From a virus (taxonomy: Duplodnaviria > Heunggongvirae > Uroviricota > Caudoviricetes), in the IMG/VR virus record IMGVR_UViG_3300029906_000160: 64,000 nucleotides of DNA. One strand, 5' to 3'. The stretch's first letter is position 1. Each line of letters begins with the position of its first letter. Both the position numbers and the translations under genes were made by a program. Shown piece after piece: positions 20,499 to 32,383 of this stretch. Under the pieces are notes generated by a model. The model had not been told where the DNA came from and did no database searches. It was given only the letters and a program-made list of their open reading frames with translations.

Positions 20499-20834
20499 TT
20501 ATTAGATACTGTTACACACTGATAATTTATAAGTTTATCAGCAACTTGTAACAGATATTCTTTTTCTTCTTCACCTGGAAGATCACAGACCTTTACATTA
20601 TCTATAAAACTTTTAAGTCTTATAGCAAAAGTTTGATCATTAACTAAACGATTCTCTTTAATTGGATTTTCCATTATAAAATACCTGCTTCGTAATCTAA
20701 TTTCTTACAGACGTTTTTAATTTCCCAATCCATTTCGGAAAGAAGCTTACGAGAAACTTTCTTTCCCGCAAACTTCTTGTCAAACTGCTTACTCCACGTT
20801 TCGTGGATTCGGCGAGAAGATGATTTACACATAA

Positions 20835-21269
20835 CTACGCATCAAGAGCTGCACGAGCTGCTTCAAGTTCTTTGAGTTTATCTTCAGGAGTCTTCTGACT
20901 TTCCTTAAGTTCATCAATCATCTTATCCAGATCAGCTTTCTTCTGTGCTATCTCATTCTGATAAGCAATGTATTTCTTCCATCCGATAACAAGATTGATA
21001 AGCTCACTGTCAGCTTTCATTACAGTAAGTTTACGCTGCTCTTCGTCAGTCATAGACCACTCATCTGCAGATTCCTTAGCAGCGATCTTCTTATCAAGAG
21101 CCTGTTTCATCTGTACAAGCGTATTTACTGTAGTCTGATGAAGAAGTTCCTGAATAGTAGCAGTTCCACCCATAGGAGTGCTGAAGAACCTATTGTTAAA
21201 TACTGCAAGATTAGCAGCATTAAACAACTTTACCTGATGGTCTTTTGTAAAATTGATTTTAGTTGCCAT
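20835..21269 (-). CDS. coiled-coil hypothetical protein
   Basis: ORF track. Confidence 0.45.
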   Translation of the reverse strand: MATKINFTKDHQVKLFNAANLAVFNNRFFSTPMGGTATIQELLHQTTVNTLVQMKQALDKKIAAKESADEWSMTDEEQRKLTVMKADSELINLVIGWKKYIAYQNEIAQKKADLDKMIDELKESQKTPEDKLKELEAARAALDA

Positions 21270-21271
21270 AA

Positions 21272-22306
21272 TTAAAATACATAATTAATAAATGAAGTTT
21301 TCTTTCTTCTAAGTATAATTTTTACATTATGTTCTTTAAGATGATAGATACGTTCATCTTTTGTTACCACATCTGGAATATATAAATCAGGACTAAAATA
21401 GAAATCTAACCAGTCTCCATCTTTATCCTTCTGGACATTTGAAGTACACCAAAAACCACTATCCCATCTTCCATCATCTTGTAGTTTTACTGTAGTTTTA
21501 TATATAGGTACTCCATCTTCTTCTTCAAATGCTTCGTAATAAGAAGATTCCATAAGAACATTCATATAACGAACAACTTGCTTTGGAGACTCTTTAAATA
21601 GATTAGAATCAGAACAAATTGACATAATTACATCAAATGTACATTCAGTCATTTTCTGAGAAATCTCTACAAGTTCTTCAATCCAATCCTTATTATCAAG
21701 AAGATCATTTCCTATATCTTGAACAGTATCTTCATCTAATCCAGTAAACTCCTTAAGAAAATGAATTCTAGACGGACGATTCTTCATCATAGAATTTATT
21801 CTATAAAATTCATTTGCAGTAAAGATAAAGATGTGATGAGTGTTATATGGACCATCGAGAAGACTTAAAAGTTTATTAGAATCTGCATTTTGTCCATCGT
21901 AAAGTTTTTCAAACTCATCAATAAGAATAACGCAATTTCCAAGAGCGGGGTCAGTTAAGAATGAGATGAACTCTGGATCGTCATAACCTTCAGATACAAC
22001 AATAACTGGAAGATTAAGAAGATTTGCAATAGCTCTTGCAGTGATTGTTTTACCCGCACCTTTAGTCCCAACTAACAATACTCCTAAATTGCGATCTTTA
22101 GAATTATATTTGGCGCAAACTCTTTTAGCAAATGGTACTATATCTCCATAAATCTTATTTGGAATCTGAATATCATCTATTAAATGAAGATAATAAGAAT
22201 TACTATCTTTATTAAATAAAATAGAATATGTTCCAAGTGGCAATTTATTTGGCAGACTTCCAAAATTGCCAAGAATAAAATTCTGTCCGTTTTGAATAAG
22301 TTGCAT
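21272..22306 (-). CDS. AAA+ ATPase (MoxR-like partner of the vWA protein)
   Basis: Walker A GTKGAGKTITARAIA; Walker B ILIDEFEKL. Confidence 0.65.
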   Translation of the reverse strand: MQLIQNGQNFILGNFGSLPNKLPLGTYSILFNKDSNSYYLHLIDDIQIPNKIYGDIVPFAKRVCAKYNSKDRNLGVLLVGTKGAGKTITARAIANLLNLPVIVVSEGYDDPEFISFLTDPALGNCVILIDEFEKLYDGQNADSNKLLSLLDGPYNTHHIFIFTANEFYRINSMMKNRPSRIHFLKEFTGLDEDTVQDIGNDLLDNKDWIEELVEISQKMTECTFDVIMSICSDSNLFKESPKQVVRYMNVLMESSYYEAFEEEDGVPIYKTTVKLQDDGRWDSGFWCTSNVQKDKDGDWLDFYFSPDLYIPDVVTKDERIYHLKEHNVKIILRRKKTSFINYVF

Positions 22307-22309
22307 AAT

Positions 22310-23200
22310 TTAACTAATTTCTTCTATTTCGTGAGACACGGTATCTAAATTAAGAAAAAATTGAACTTTTTCATATTTTCTAGGCAATCATATATTATCT
22401 TTTTCTGCATAAATTTTTTCAACAAAAAATTTTATTTCTTGAGAATTACAATTACGAATATAAGAACTACATCCAGTTTTTGTTTGTCTTTGAATAACTT
22501 TTGTTTTTAAACCAAAGTATTCTAAAAGCTTTTGCATTCCAGTTCAATCCTGATTATATGAACTAGTAATACTAAATGTTGTACTAAAAGTAGTTTTCTT
22601 AGACTGAATATAATAACATCCATCACCGTCTATATAACCTCTCAAAAAGTAAGATCAATATTCTTTTGGAACATAGTCTATAATTTTTTGATGTGATTCT
22701 ATGGATTTACTATATTTGCCTAATTGCTGTAATTGTTCTGCAATATCAATTCGATTTGTATGAATTTCAATTTGAGGTTTTCTGTTTTTTCTTATTTGAT
22801 GATAAATATTAAATTGCCCTAACTTTTGAAATATAGGAAATACTTTATCTCCGTCTTCTTGAACAATTTTAATAGATAAACCTCCTTTTTTAGAAATATA
22901 TCCATCTGCTCAAAAATATCCTAAAAAATATGCTAATTCTTTTGGAAACTTTGTTTTAGAAAAATCAATAGTAAAATCAAAATGTTTGTCTTGCTCACCA
23001 TTGAATGTTAAACTCTTTATTTCTTCCTCTGTGACATTAATTGGATGTTTGTTCGTTCCAATTTTTAAACGAGACCCCATTCCGACAATACTAGCAACAG
23101 TTCTATCTAATTTTTCTCCACAAACGATTGCTCCAAATTTTTTAAGATTCTGTTTTAAAAATTCAATTTCATCTTTAGTTCAGGATTTATTTTGTTTCAT
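22310..23200 (-). CDS. LAGLIDADG homing endonuclease (two motifs), free-standing; 5 in-frame TGA read as Trp
   Basis: LAYFLGYFWADGYIS and WSYFLRGYIDGDGCYY; 297-codon continuous frame only with TGA as sense. Confidence 0.75.
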
Positions 23201-23278
23201 ATTTGTTAAAACTTAAAATTAAAAAATCTCTTATTTTTATTAACAAATATATGACAAAATTTTTAAATTTCCAAATAT

Positions 23279-23737
23279 TTATAACTCTGAAACTTGATGT
23301 GATACTGTATCGATAACAAATGCGCGTCTACAATCTAAATCTACAAAATTTTCTAAAATTATGGGATTTTCCTTCGTTTGGGAATGTCCGAAAACCTGGA
23401 ATAAAGTATCGTCACAATCAGATTCACGAACATCATGCCAAATTGGAGAACCAGTAGAATACCAACCACCTCTTTCCCAACTCATTTCCCAAAATATTTC
23501 AGGAGATGCTTTATATATCTCATTTAGATAAATATCTGCATCAGTTTCTGGAAGTTTTAGATCATGACGCTTTAACCAATCTTTAGATACTCCTGCATGC
23601 GTGAACAGAGTATCATCAATTTGTTTAGCTATCTGAAAAAACTCTATATCTTCAGTATATATTTGATGTAATTCATCCCACCTAAAAGAATCTATTCTAG
23701 ATGCATTATAACTCGAATAAATATAGTGCCAATCCGT
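23279..23737 (-). CDS. C-terminal half of a PPP-family Ser/Thr phosphatase (lambda-PPase/ApaH-like)
   Basis: DTLFTHAGVS, VFGHSQTK motifs; frame opens right after a TAA with no ATG; 1 TGA read as Trp upstream of the first Met. Confidence 0.6.
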   Translation of the reverse strand, partial: TDWHYIYSSYNASRIDSFRWDELHQIYTEDIEFFQIAKQIDDTLFTHAGVSKDWLKRHDLKLPETDADIYLNEIYKASPEIFWEMSWERGGWYSTGSPIWHDVRESDCDDTLFQVFGHSQTKENPIILENFVDLDCRRAFVIDTVSHQVSEL

Positions 23738-23829
23738 TTATGTTCAATGTAAATCGTTAGTTTACACCCGTTATTAACTGCTTATACTTCATTTTCGTAT
23801 AAGACCTGACTATATCTTCACCTTCGACA

Positions 23830-24702
23830 TTACTCGTTAAGGGCGGAGCATTCCGAAGCACTTGCTTCTACCACCATTTCAGGAATAGTCGATGAACCTT
23901 CAACCTCATTAGAGGAAGCTTGGCTGCTGATTACCATCTCAGGCGTCCCAGCAATTAACTCCGTTTCACTTAATGATTTCTCATTAAGAGCACAAATTAT
24001 TTCTTCAAATTTTTTCTTTTTTCTTGGAAGGAAAACTGTTGCGTCTTTATATATAAAATCATAAAACTTTTTAATATTTTGTCTACCAGAATATTCCATT
24101 GTACAAATATCGGAATTAATTCTACGTGAGTTTAACTTAGTTTGTTTAAATCCTAGATTATCAATTAAATATTGTTGATAAGCTGAAATAAAAGAAACGT
24201 ATCCGGTAATATTAAATTTAACATTATGAATAATACGTTCTCTACGTCCCTCTTTTCGTGTGGGATCGTTTACTCACATTTTCTTTCTTTTTCCATTTCA
24301 AATACAACCGTCTCCATCAAAATAACCTCGCATAAAGTGAGAAATTAAATCTTCTGGGACTTGTCATTCTGTTGGTCAAGACAAATTTTTAGTTTTACGT
24401 TTAACACATCCTTGTTTTTCTAATGATTCTGCAATATGTTTTCCGTATACATAAAATCGAATTTGATCCTCATGATTTTCATTTGTATCTTTTCTAATAA
24501 GTAATGGATAATCCGATTTCATTTCTTCTTTTAATTTATCAACAACACATCTATCTTCAATTTGAAGTGATATTGATATCTCTCCAGTAGTTGGATGTTC
24601 ATGATTACATCCATCTGCATACAATAATCCAAGAAAATATGCCTTTTCTGGCGTATTTATCTCATCAAAATAAGTTTCATCATAATTATGTTTTCTTTTC
24701 AT
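23830..24702 (-). CDS. LAGLIDADG homing endonuclease between the two phosphatase halves; several in-frame TGA read as Trp
   Basis: KAYFLGLLYADGC and HFMRGYFDGDGCIW; joins track ORFs 24376-24702 and 23830-24099. Confidence 0.7.
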
Positions 24703-24765
24703 ATATTTATAAATTTAATTGATTTAACTTTACAAATATACAAATATTTATTATGATTTCCAAAT

Positions 24766-25014
24766 TTATTTTGATGATTTCCAAAAATTTGATAATTTAT
24801 GATTACCTAGTAAAAGAGTGACTCTATCAGGGTTTTGATCCTTAAAATTTAGTATATCTAAAAGATATTGTATAGAATTAGGATATTCATCTTTCCATTC
24901 GTATGGATAAGGATCAAGATAATCTCCTAAAAATATAATTGAATCATTCCACTTTTTTACAGCATCTTTCCAAAACTCACGAAGATGTAAATCGGGAATT
25001 ATTAGCGCTTTCAT
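24766..25014 (-). CDS. N-terminal half of a PPP-family Ser/Thr phosphatase
   Basis: IIPDLHL, FLGDYLDPYP, LLLGNHK (GDxHG / GDxxDRG / GNHE motifs). Confidence 0.7.
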   Translation of the reverse strand: MKALIIPDLHLREFWKDAVKKWNDSIIFLGDYLDPYPYEWKDEYPNSIQYLLDILNFKDQNPDRVTLLLGNHKLSNFWKSSK

Positions 25015-27980
25015 TTTAAAACTTTAAATCATAATGTTCATGCATATACTGACGAAGCTTTCTTTTAATAGACTTAGAAACGTAACCTTTAATTAAGCGT
25101 ACTTTTTCTTTATTAAAATCTATTATAAAAAGAGCTTTTTGCTTCTTGACTTTAAATAAGAGATTATTATTCTTATCATAGCCAAGAAGCATTATTTTAT
25201 TACGCATTACCAACCGAATTCTTTCTTCAACTTTTCAAGTCGAGAAAGTCCATCTTCGAGATTCTCCACTTCAACCTGAAGATTAATAATATCTTTGGTA
25301 TTAAGTGGAGATGTGGTTATTGCTACTTCAAGCTCGTCTTTCTTATCTGCCAGAGCATACTTGGTAGCTGAGATGTCCGCTGCAAGTTGCAGTTTTGCAT
25401 TTTCCACTGCTCTGTTGATTTCCCTCTGGGAGAGTTCCTCTGATGACAGTGCTTTTCCTTCTTTGAAATTTAATCTCATTTTCTTTTGTTTTATAAGGTT
25501 GTTCTATATTTATATCTTTAACTGGTTCTAAATGGGTAGTATCCAATGTTCTTGCCACCTTACGCCAAAAACCACATTTTTCAGTATTACTGAATACAAA
25601 CCAAGAGTTAATATTATGTTCTATATATGCCTTAAACCGCTGTAAACCACATTGTGAGAGACAATTCTTGATTGCTTCTTCAAGAATTTCTGGTTTAAGA
25701 TTAAGACATGGCCAATCTGGAATATTCCCAGCCGTTCTTGTACATGGTTTCCATTTATCTTGAGGATAATCACTATATAAGAAACCATTGTGTGCCTTAT
25801 CTGGAAATGCTAGTCCATTACAGTCCCTCAGATGCTCTACATCAGGTTCATTCCCTGACATGACTTGTCGTATCAATGCAAGACATAATGACCTCTGTTC
25901 TATCGAACCATCATTTAAATAATCTGATTCTTCTACAACATCAAACCATTGTGGAATCCAATAAAATTCTCTTGTATCTTTTAATCGATAACTAGTGGAA
26001 TCTCGTGCTGAAATCTTACTTATTTTTCCACAAAAAGTTCGCATGTCAGAATTAAAATAAGTTCCGTTGCACCTATGACTTTTATCTAAGGTTTTTTGTA
26101 TTTCTGTCCAAGACTTAATTCTTACTTTAGTTCCGATATCTAACATGATAAATAGTATCTATTGGCTGTTTTTGAGTATCATAAGTAATTTGAATTTTAT
26201 AAATTACTATTTCGTTATTTAGATATTTCCGAATGCCCTGTGTTTCATATTCAATTCTACTTGCCTGAAATATACCAACTATTACAAACCACAAAACAAT
26301 TATAGTTAAAACAACAATCCAAGCATCCTTTAACCAATCTTTAAAAGAATCATTATTTACTTTTATTAGTATCAGAACATACGTCAGCATCCCCAGAACT
26401 ATTCCGAGAAGTAGTATCACAAAATTCATAATTATTTATGATTTCAGAATATTTTTCAGTAATAAAATCACGAATTCTCTTTGGAAAATAAATTAATCTA
26501 TTTCGCATAGCATAATATGCTGCTTTAAGATTATTCCAAGAGTTAATAGATTCATCTGCAAGAACTACATCTCTAGTGCGCTTATGAGTTAATATACGCT
26601 CAAGAAGATCCTCTGCTTTAATTAACTGGAGAAATTTATTCTCTTCAAGAGATGGATTCTCAGTTACTAATTCAAGATTAAGATCATCTAAAGGCAACGA
26701 TAATTCATCAGTCATAGTATAGACAAGAAATTCTGTGTCAGAGTTTTTAAATTTGTATTTATTCAACTTCATCGAATATTTTATCTATCGCGTGTATAAA
26801 TTTATAGAAAGCATCTAAAAGAGATTTCTCTTGTTCTGTAGTAATCATATCAATATCACAGAAATAATCTAGACTATCTTTGAAATCCCTCCAAGTATTT
26901 GTAGCCTCATTCCAACCTCGTCCATATTTATCTATATTATCTGCAATATCTCTACAAATTTGTTCTTTGAGTTCTTCTTTTATGTCCATTAGTTTATTTA
27001 AGTGAATCTAACATTCCCATAAATGAATTAAAATCTTCCCAAAGATATTCGCCTTTTGTTTCATAGAAATTTTCAGATCCATTTTCAGCAATCCAATGAT
27101 CAAATTCTATTACGGCATTCTCACGATTTTTATCCTTTTTATATTGAGTAAGAATTTCAATTACTTTATCACAGACTTTATTTTTAGTTACCATTATAGT
27201 GAATATTCAATATGTGAACCTTCGGGCATAGTAACAAGAGCCTTTATAAACTCTTCTACAAAATTACAGAGTTGTTCATAAGTTCCCCAGCCATTTTCAG
27301 GATTAAACTGTTTAAAATGGTCTGGATCATTTTTAAGAACATATAAACAATATGCAAGATGAGCTATGTAAATATTGAGATAAACTCCAGTAAATGGAAC
27401 TTGTGTATCTCTCCAGAGTAAATCATAGAGATTATAATGTTGGTATTCTTCTTCAAAAGAAAGACAATCTTCAGCCATTTCTGCAAGATTATGGGTTATA
27501 TTTCTAGACCAAAACTCATCTGTTTCATATTCTTGTACAGGAACTTCGTCAATTGTGTGAAAGACATCAGGAAACTTTTGAAGACATTCTTCGGATGTTG
27601 CTTCTCGTGTAGAACCATTATCTCTTATAAAGATACCTGTACTTTTAACTATACGAGGTTCTGGACTTATAATAGTTATATCTAATGACATATATTTCTA
27701 TTAATTACATTTTGAAGTTTTAAAAATTCTTCATAAAGATTATGTGGTTTGACATAATTGTATATATCAAACGAATCTTCTTTTAATAGACTAAATTGTT
27801 CTTTCCGGAAATAGAAATGACCTTCATTTATATTGACTCGTCTATTATCAGATGGATCAAAATTAAAGGGATGTTTCATTACCATATCTCCAGAAAGAAC
27901 AACTCCTGAAATATATTCAGTATCATCTGGAATTACAACAGAATGCTTTTTGTTATAGCAATCTCGAAGATAAATAATCA

Positions 27981-28628
27981 TTATAATCTGATTTTATAGT
28001 AGTTAAGACGACTTTGTAAATCATCAATAGGATAATGTTCCTTTATATAAGAAATTTTTGATTTGAGCTTATCTTCATAATGAGGATCTGTAGCATATCT
28101 GTTTCCATTAATGTCTACAAAGTTTTCAAGTAGATCTTCTATTGTTTTGGATGGAAGATAATTATCAACAAGTAAAGCCAGATAAGGTATAACACTATCA
28201 TTAGGATTACTGAACTTATGCTGAATCTCACTGATGCTATGGCCGTCATAAGCACCAACATTCCAGACAGAATTAGTTCGAAAAGCCAAACCTTTGGTAC
28301 CAAAATGGCTTTCAACTTCTCCTTGAGCAAGCGTAAACGAAATCGGGATTCCATATTTTTCACAATTTTCTACTAATATAAGAGCACGTAATCCTGAATT
28401 AGGTGCAACTGAATCTATATAATATTGAGTAAGATCAACAAGATCAGATTTAACACCTTGATAAGAGGTTTGTAATTCTCTTATATATTCAGTAGCTGTA
28501 TCATATCCAGTTTGTTCTTCTTGTTTTGGCATTGACCATGTAAACGCAAGTATTGCGAATACAGCAACTACAACAAGACAAATTGAATTTATGATACTAT
28601 TCAATGTTACTTGATGTTCTATGTTCAT
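27981..28628 (-). CDS. membrane-anchored lysozyme-like / lytic transglycosylase-like protein
   Basis: N-terminal TM segment; AQGEVESHFG..GAYDG resembles the SLT catalytic region. Confidence 0.4.
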   Translation of the reverse strand: MNIEHQVTLNSIINSICLVVVAVFAILAFTWSMPKQEEQTGYDTATEYIRELQTSYQGVKSDLVDLTQYYIDSVAPNSGLRALILVENCEKYGIPISFTLAQGEVESHFGTKGLAFRTNSVWNVGAYDGHSISEIQHKFSNPNDSVIPYLALLVDNYLPSKTIEDLLENFVDINGNRYATDPHYEDKLKSKISYIKEHYPIDDLQSRLNYYKIRL

Positions 28629-29540
28629 AATTAAAATTTCTAGTTAATATAACAACTCCAAAAGCATCAGTTCTTTCAGAAACGAAATCAAAATTTTCTG
28701 CTATTTGAACATCTTCGTTATCTGTATTGAAACAATAAACTAATGCATCATCATCCGAGCATTTATTTAATTTAGCTTTGAGTTCTCTTACTGTTAACAT
28801 TACAATAATATTTTTGCTGTTTCACATAAATCTCTGAAGCAATTATGAAAATCTTTAGCCATTTGTTCTGAAGGGAATGATAACAATCTATGGCTTGTAT
28901 TCCACCTTACAACAGAAATAGGTTTGTTAAACATATCGTGTCTGCATATTATACAAAAAGGTTTCTCAAATTCCTCCTCATTCCCAACCCAGGCTTTTCT
29001 AAGTTGTCTTAACTGCATAAGAGCAAGAAAGGCTTCTGCTTCCTTTTTGGAAATACAGACATTTTTGTCAGTCTTCTTATCTCTTTGAACAGGGCCACTA
29101 TAGATTCCTATATTGGAAACAGAGTCAATATAAGCCTCTCCCTTTTGTTTAGGATACCTCTCACAGAACTTCTCCCAACTTCTTGGAGGTCCTTGCTTCT
29201 TTTCTCTTACAATATATGTGTCCCCATCCTTGATGAGTTCACAATTGTCTGGTATTTGAATTTTTACTTCATTCATAACTATTAAAGATTATTAAATTCT
29301 TCTTGTAATTCCTTAACCTTATTTTTCAGGGTAGATAATACCTCTTCCTGAAACTTTGAAGCGTCAATATAATTAAGAACTTCTCTTTCTTCGAATTCTT
29401 TTGGAAAACCAGAACTATCATAATTTTGTATAATAATACATCTAATTTTAGTAAGAGTTTCCCACCTGTTTATTGCCTCATGTAAAGATCTTATTTCTTT
29501 AAGAATTCTTTGACCTTTCGCTAATTGTTTTTCTGTCATA

Positions 29541-29697
29541 ACTATTCTCTATAATTAGGCCATATATAAACCATATTCATTTCTGGATCAAAATCAACAG
29601 AATCTATAAAATATCTATCGCCTCCAATACAAATTGAAAGAGATTTGTCATCAATCTTGTTGAGTTCATCTATGAATTCTTGTACTGTTGCTATCAT
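29541..29697 (-). CDS. small protein, TVxEL family (MIATVQEFIDELNKIDDKS..)
   Basis: 52 aa, below ORF-track cutoff; stop abuts next ATG. Confidence 0.5.
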
Positions 29698-29699
29698 AA

Positions 29700-29897
29700 C
29701 TATTCTTCTTTAAGTTCAACTGGTTTATCTTCCCATGTGAGGTCTCTACCGATAAGTTTCTTAATAGAACTTTTTGGTAAAATAATTGGTGCAGATAATC
29801 TCACATACATAGGACAAGTCCAATAATCCAAAACTCTATAAGGCTCTTGAGGAAATATTTTCTCAGTACCATCTTTATCTACTGCTACCCATGCCAT
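29700..29897 (-). CDS. Trp-rich 65-aa protein (paralog of 30056-30247)
   Basis: MAWVAVDKDG..WEDKPVELKEE vs MWIVRDKCGELW..WEDEEPRELILK. Confidence 0.5.
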   Translation of the reverse strand: MAWVAVDKDGTEKIFPQEPYRVLDYWTCPMYVRLSAPIILPKSSIKKLIGRDLTWEDKPVELKEE

Positions 29898-30054
29898 ATT
29901 ATTTCATTGGATTATATATAAGATTGATTTCCTCCCAAACAGGACTCGCTTCAACATCATTTATATAGATGTTTTCTTTAATACCAATTACACAAACTGT
30001 TTTGGATTTGTCATCAATCTCTTCAAGTTTATCTATTAATTCTTGTACTGTCAT
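29898..30054 (-). CDS. small protein, TVxEL family (MTVQELIDKLEEIDDKS..)
   Basis: 51 aa; TAA immediately adjacent to downstream ATG. Confidence 0.5.
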
Positions 30055-30055
30055 A

Positions 30056-30247
30056 TTACTTCAGTATTAGTTCTCTTGGTTCCTCATCCTCCCATTTGAC
30101 TTCAGAAAAGAAACTTTTATCCATAAGTCTAATCAGTGCTATTTCACCTGTAGAGCACCATTGGTCTTTAATTTTTTTAGGTTTTTCTACATGAAGCCAT
30201 AATTCACCACATTTATCTCTGACTATCCACATAGCTATTCCTCCCAT
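30056..30247 (-). CDS. Trp-rich 63-aa protein (paralog of 29700-29897)
   Basis: ORF track; paralogy. Confidence 0.5.
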   Translation of the reverse strand: MGGIAMWIVRDKCGELWLHVEKPKKIKDQWCSTGEIALIRLMDKSFFSEVKWEDEEPRELILK

Positions 30248-31591
30248 TCTACCTTTATGGTCTTTATATAGTCCTTGAATAGTTCTGTGTCCTTCAATGC
30301 AATCTCTTCAGATTCATAGAGGTCACTTTTGCATATTATTGCCCACCCCTTTTTCTTTTCAGGGAGCATCATAAGGTCATAGCAACAAGGGGAAGTAATT
30401 GATATTCCATCCTCATTATAGTGTAAGACAATCTCACGCCCATTAACCTCAACAAGGGCCACTATTGGGGCGGTACTTCCTTTCACATCAAAGCAGAGGA
30501 TTCTTACCTTTCGTCCCTCTCTTGTACAAACTGGATGCCCTGCCTTTGCAAGTTCAATATCAAATGGTTTCATAACTATTTATTTTCTGGAGTTGCTAAA
30601 TAAGTTTTAAAGCAAAATGCATAACCTGCATCAAATGCTTTGTCTACAAGTTCTTTAATGTTAATTTTTTTGTTTTTAAATTGTGAGAGAAGATCGTTCT
30701 TAACGTTCTTCATCTCTTTAACTGTTGGTATCATAATATTTAATAATTAATTTCAAATTAAAAATGGCACTATAAATAAAGCTCAAAATTATTTAAACTA
30801 ATATTATAAGTGCCATTGATTATGTCAGTATGGTATGTACGCAATATTTCTATTTAAAAAGAGAGTAAGAATCTATTTCCAACTATGATCAGTAGTTTCT
30901 AGAAAATTCTATTAGATTCCCTAAGAGTTGATAGGTGCTACGCGTTTGCAGAGCTATGCTAATGGTATACAGGACCAGTATTACTGGATGTATATTACTC
31001 TCTTTTAATTAGTACTCCTGAGAGGATTCAAACCTCTGTTACCCTTTTAGATGAATTTATATTCGAGGCGTCCTTGATCACTAGACGACAGGAGCATAAA
31101 CTAGTTTATAACGGAAAACTAGCAACCCGATCCATTTATATAGAACTTGAATAAACTACCAGTGTAACGCTTTGGATGCGTGTTGATTTCTGGATGAACA
31201 ACAACCTAACTTGTCTCGTCAATACGCAACGCTTCTATATTCACCCAAAGAAGTAAGGGCTAATTAAGTGCTGAGTACAGCTTACCTATATTAACATAGT
31301 TCGCGACCTATATTATCCTTAATTAGAATTCTTTATTTAATAGATTCTTGATTTTTTCTACAATACTTTGTTTTCCATTCTTTAATTTAAAATCTTCATT
31401 AAATATCATACCTAAAGTAAATATAAATGGAAATAAAAAATTACAAAATGGAATAAACAGAAAAACTAATCCAATTAAATACACCCACAATGGAGCTTTA
31501 AGTGGCTCTCCATTACATTCTCTTGTACTCTTTATATAGAAAAACCATATCCAGAAAATTAGAGATAAGATGGTAGTAAATGGATAAAACA

Positions 31592-32383
31592 TTACTTCTG
31601 GAGATTAAGCATCAGAGCTGCTTCTTCTCCCGTTACAACCTTCGGCAAGGTACCGTCCCATTTTTCAATCCACTGCTGCTGAAGAATTTCTGGAGTAAGA
31701 GCCTTTGTTCTAAGTTCATTAGCCTTCTTTTCAGCTTCTGCGGCAACTATCTTTTTCTCAGCTTCGGCTTTAACTATCTCAAGTTCTCGTTCTACACGAA
31801 GAGCATCTTGAGTAGCTTTATCTTTCGCCGCAATTGCTTCTTGAATTGAATTTGGATATGTAAGTCCAGTTGTAAGTCTTTCTAGATAAAAATTCTCATT
31901 TTCGAGTTCGTGACGAAGTTGATTTTCTATTGCAGTTTCTACAGAATCTCTATTAGAGGTAATTTCATCTGGAGTAAATTTATTTACTTGGATACGACAT
32001 GCATTAACTACAACTGTATAAAGTGTAGTGTTTACTATATCATCAAGATTAAGGCGATATTTCTGAAATATTTCTGGAGTTTTACCATCAATAATTTTTA
32101 TAGATACTGTTGGATCCATAGTAAACGCTAAACCTCCTTTTGCATTGACTGTAAATGCTGGATAATCAACAGTCTGAACAAAAGTTGGATATTCATATAC
32201 TTTAGTTGTCAATGGATTGAAAATCACCCAACCAGTAACAAGAGAAACCTCATCAACACCCTTATTAGAGCCATATAAATTTACCTTAATACCTTCATGA
32301 CCTGCATCAATACGAGTACATGAGGAAAAGGTAATAAGCATTGCAAGAATAGCAACAAAAATAAGTTTAATGTGATTCTTCAT
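31592..32383 (-). CDS. SPFH/band-7 (prohibitin/HflKC-like) lipoprotein
   Basis: signal peptide plus lipobox (LITFSSC); SPFH-domain pattern; C-terminal coiled coil. Confidence 0.6.
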   Translation of the reverse strand: MKNHIKLIFVAILAMLITFSSCTRIDAGHEGIKVNLYGSNKGVDEVSLVTGWVIFNPLTTKVYEYPTFVQTVDYPAFTVNAKGGLAFTMDPTVSIKIIDGKTPEIFQKYRLNLDDIVNTTLYTVVVNACRIQVNKFTPDEITSNRDSVETAIENQLRHELENENFYLERLTTGLTYPNSIQEAIAAKDKATQDALRVERELEIVKAEAEKKIVAAEAEKKANELRTKALTPEILQQQWIEKWDGTLPKVVTGEEAALMLNLQK

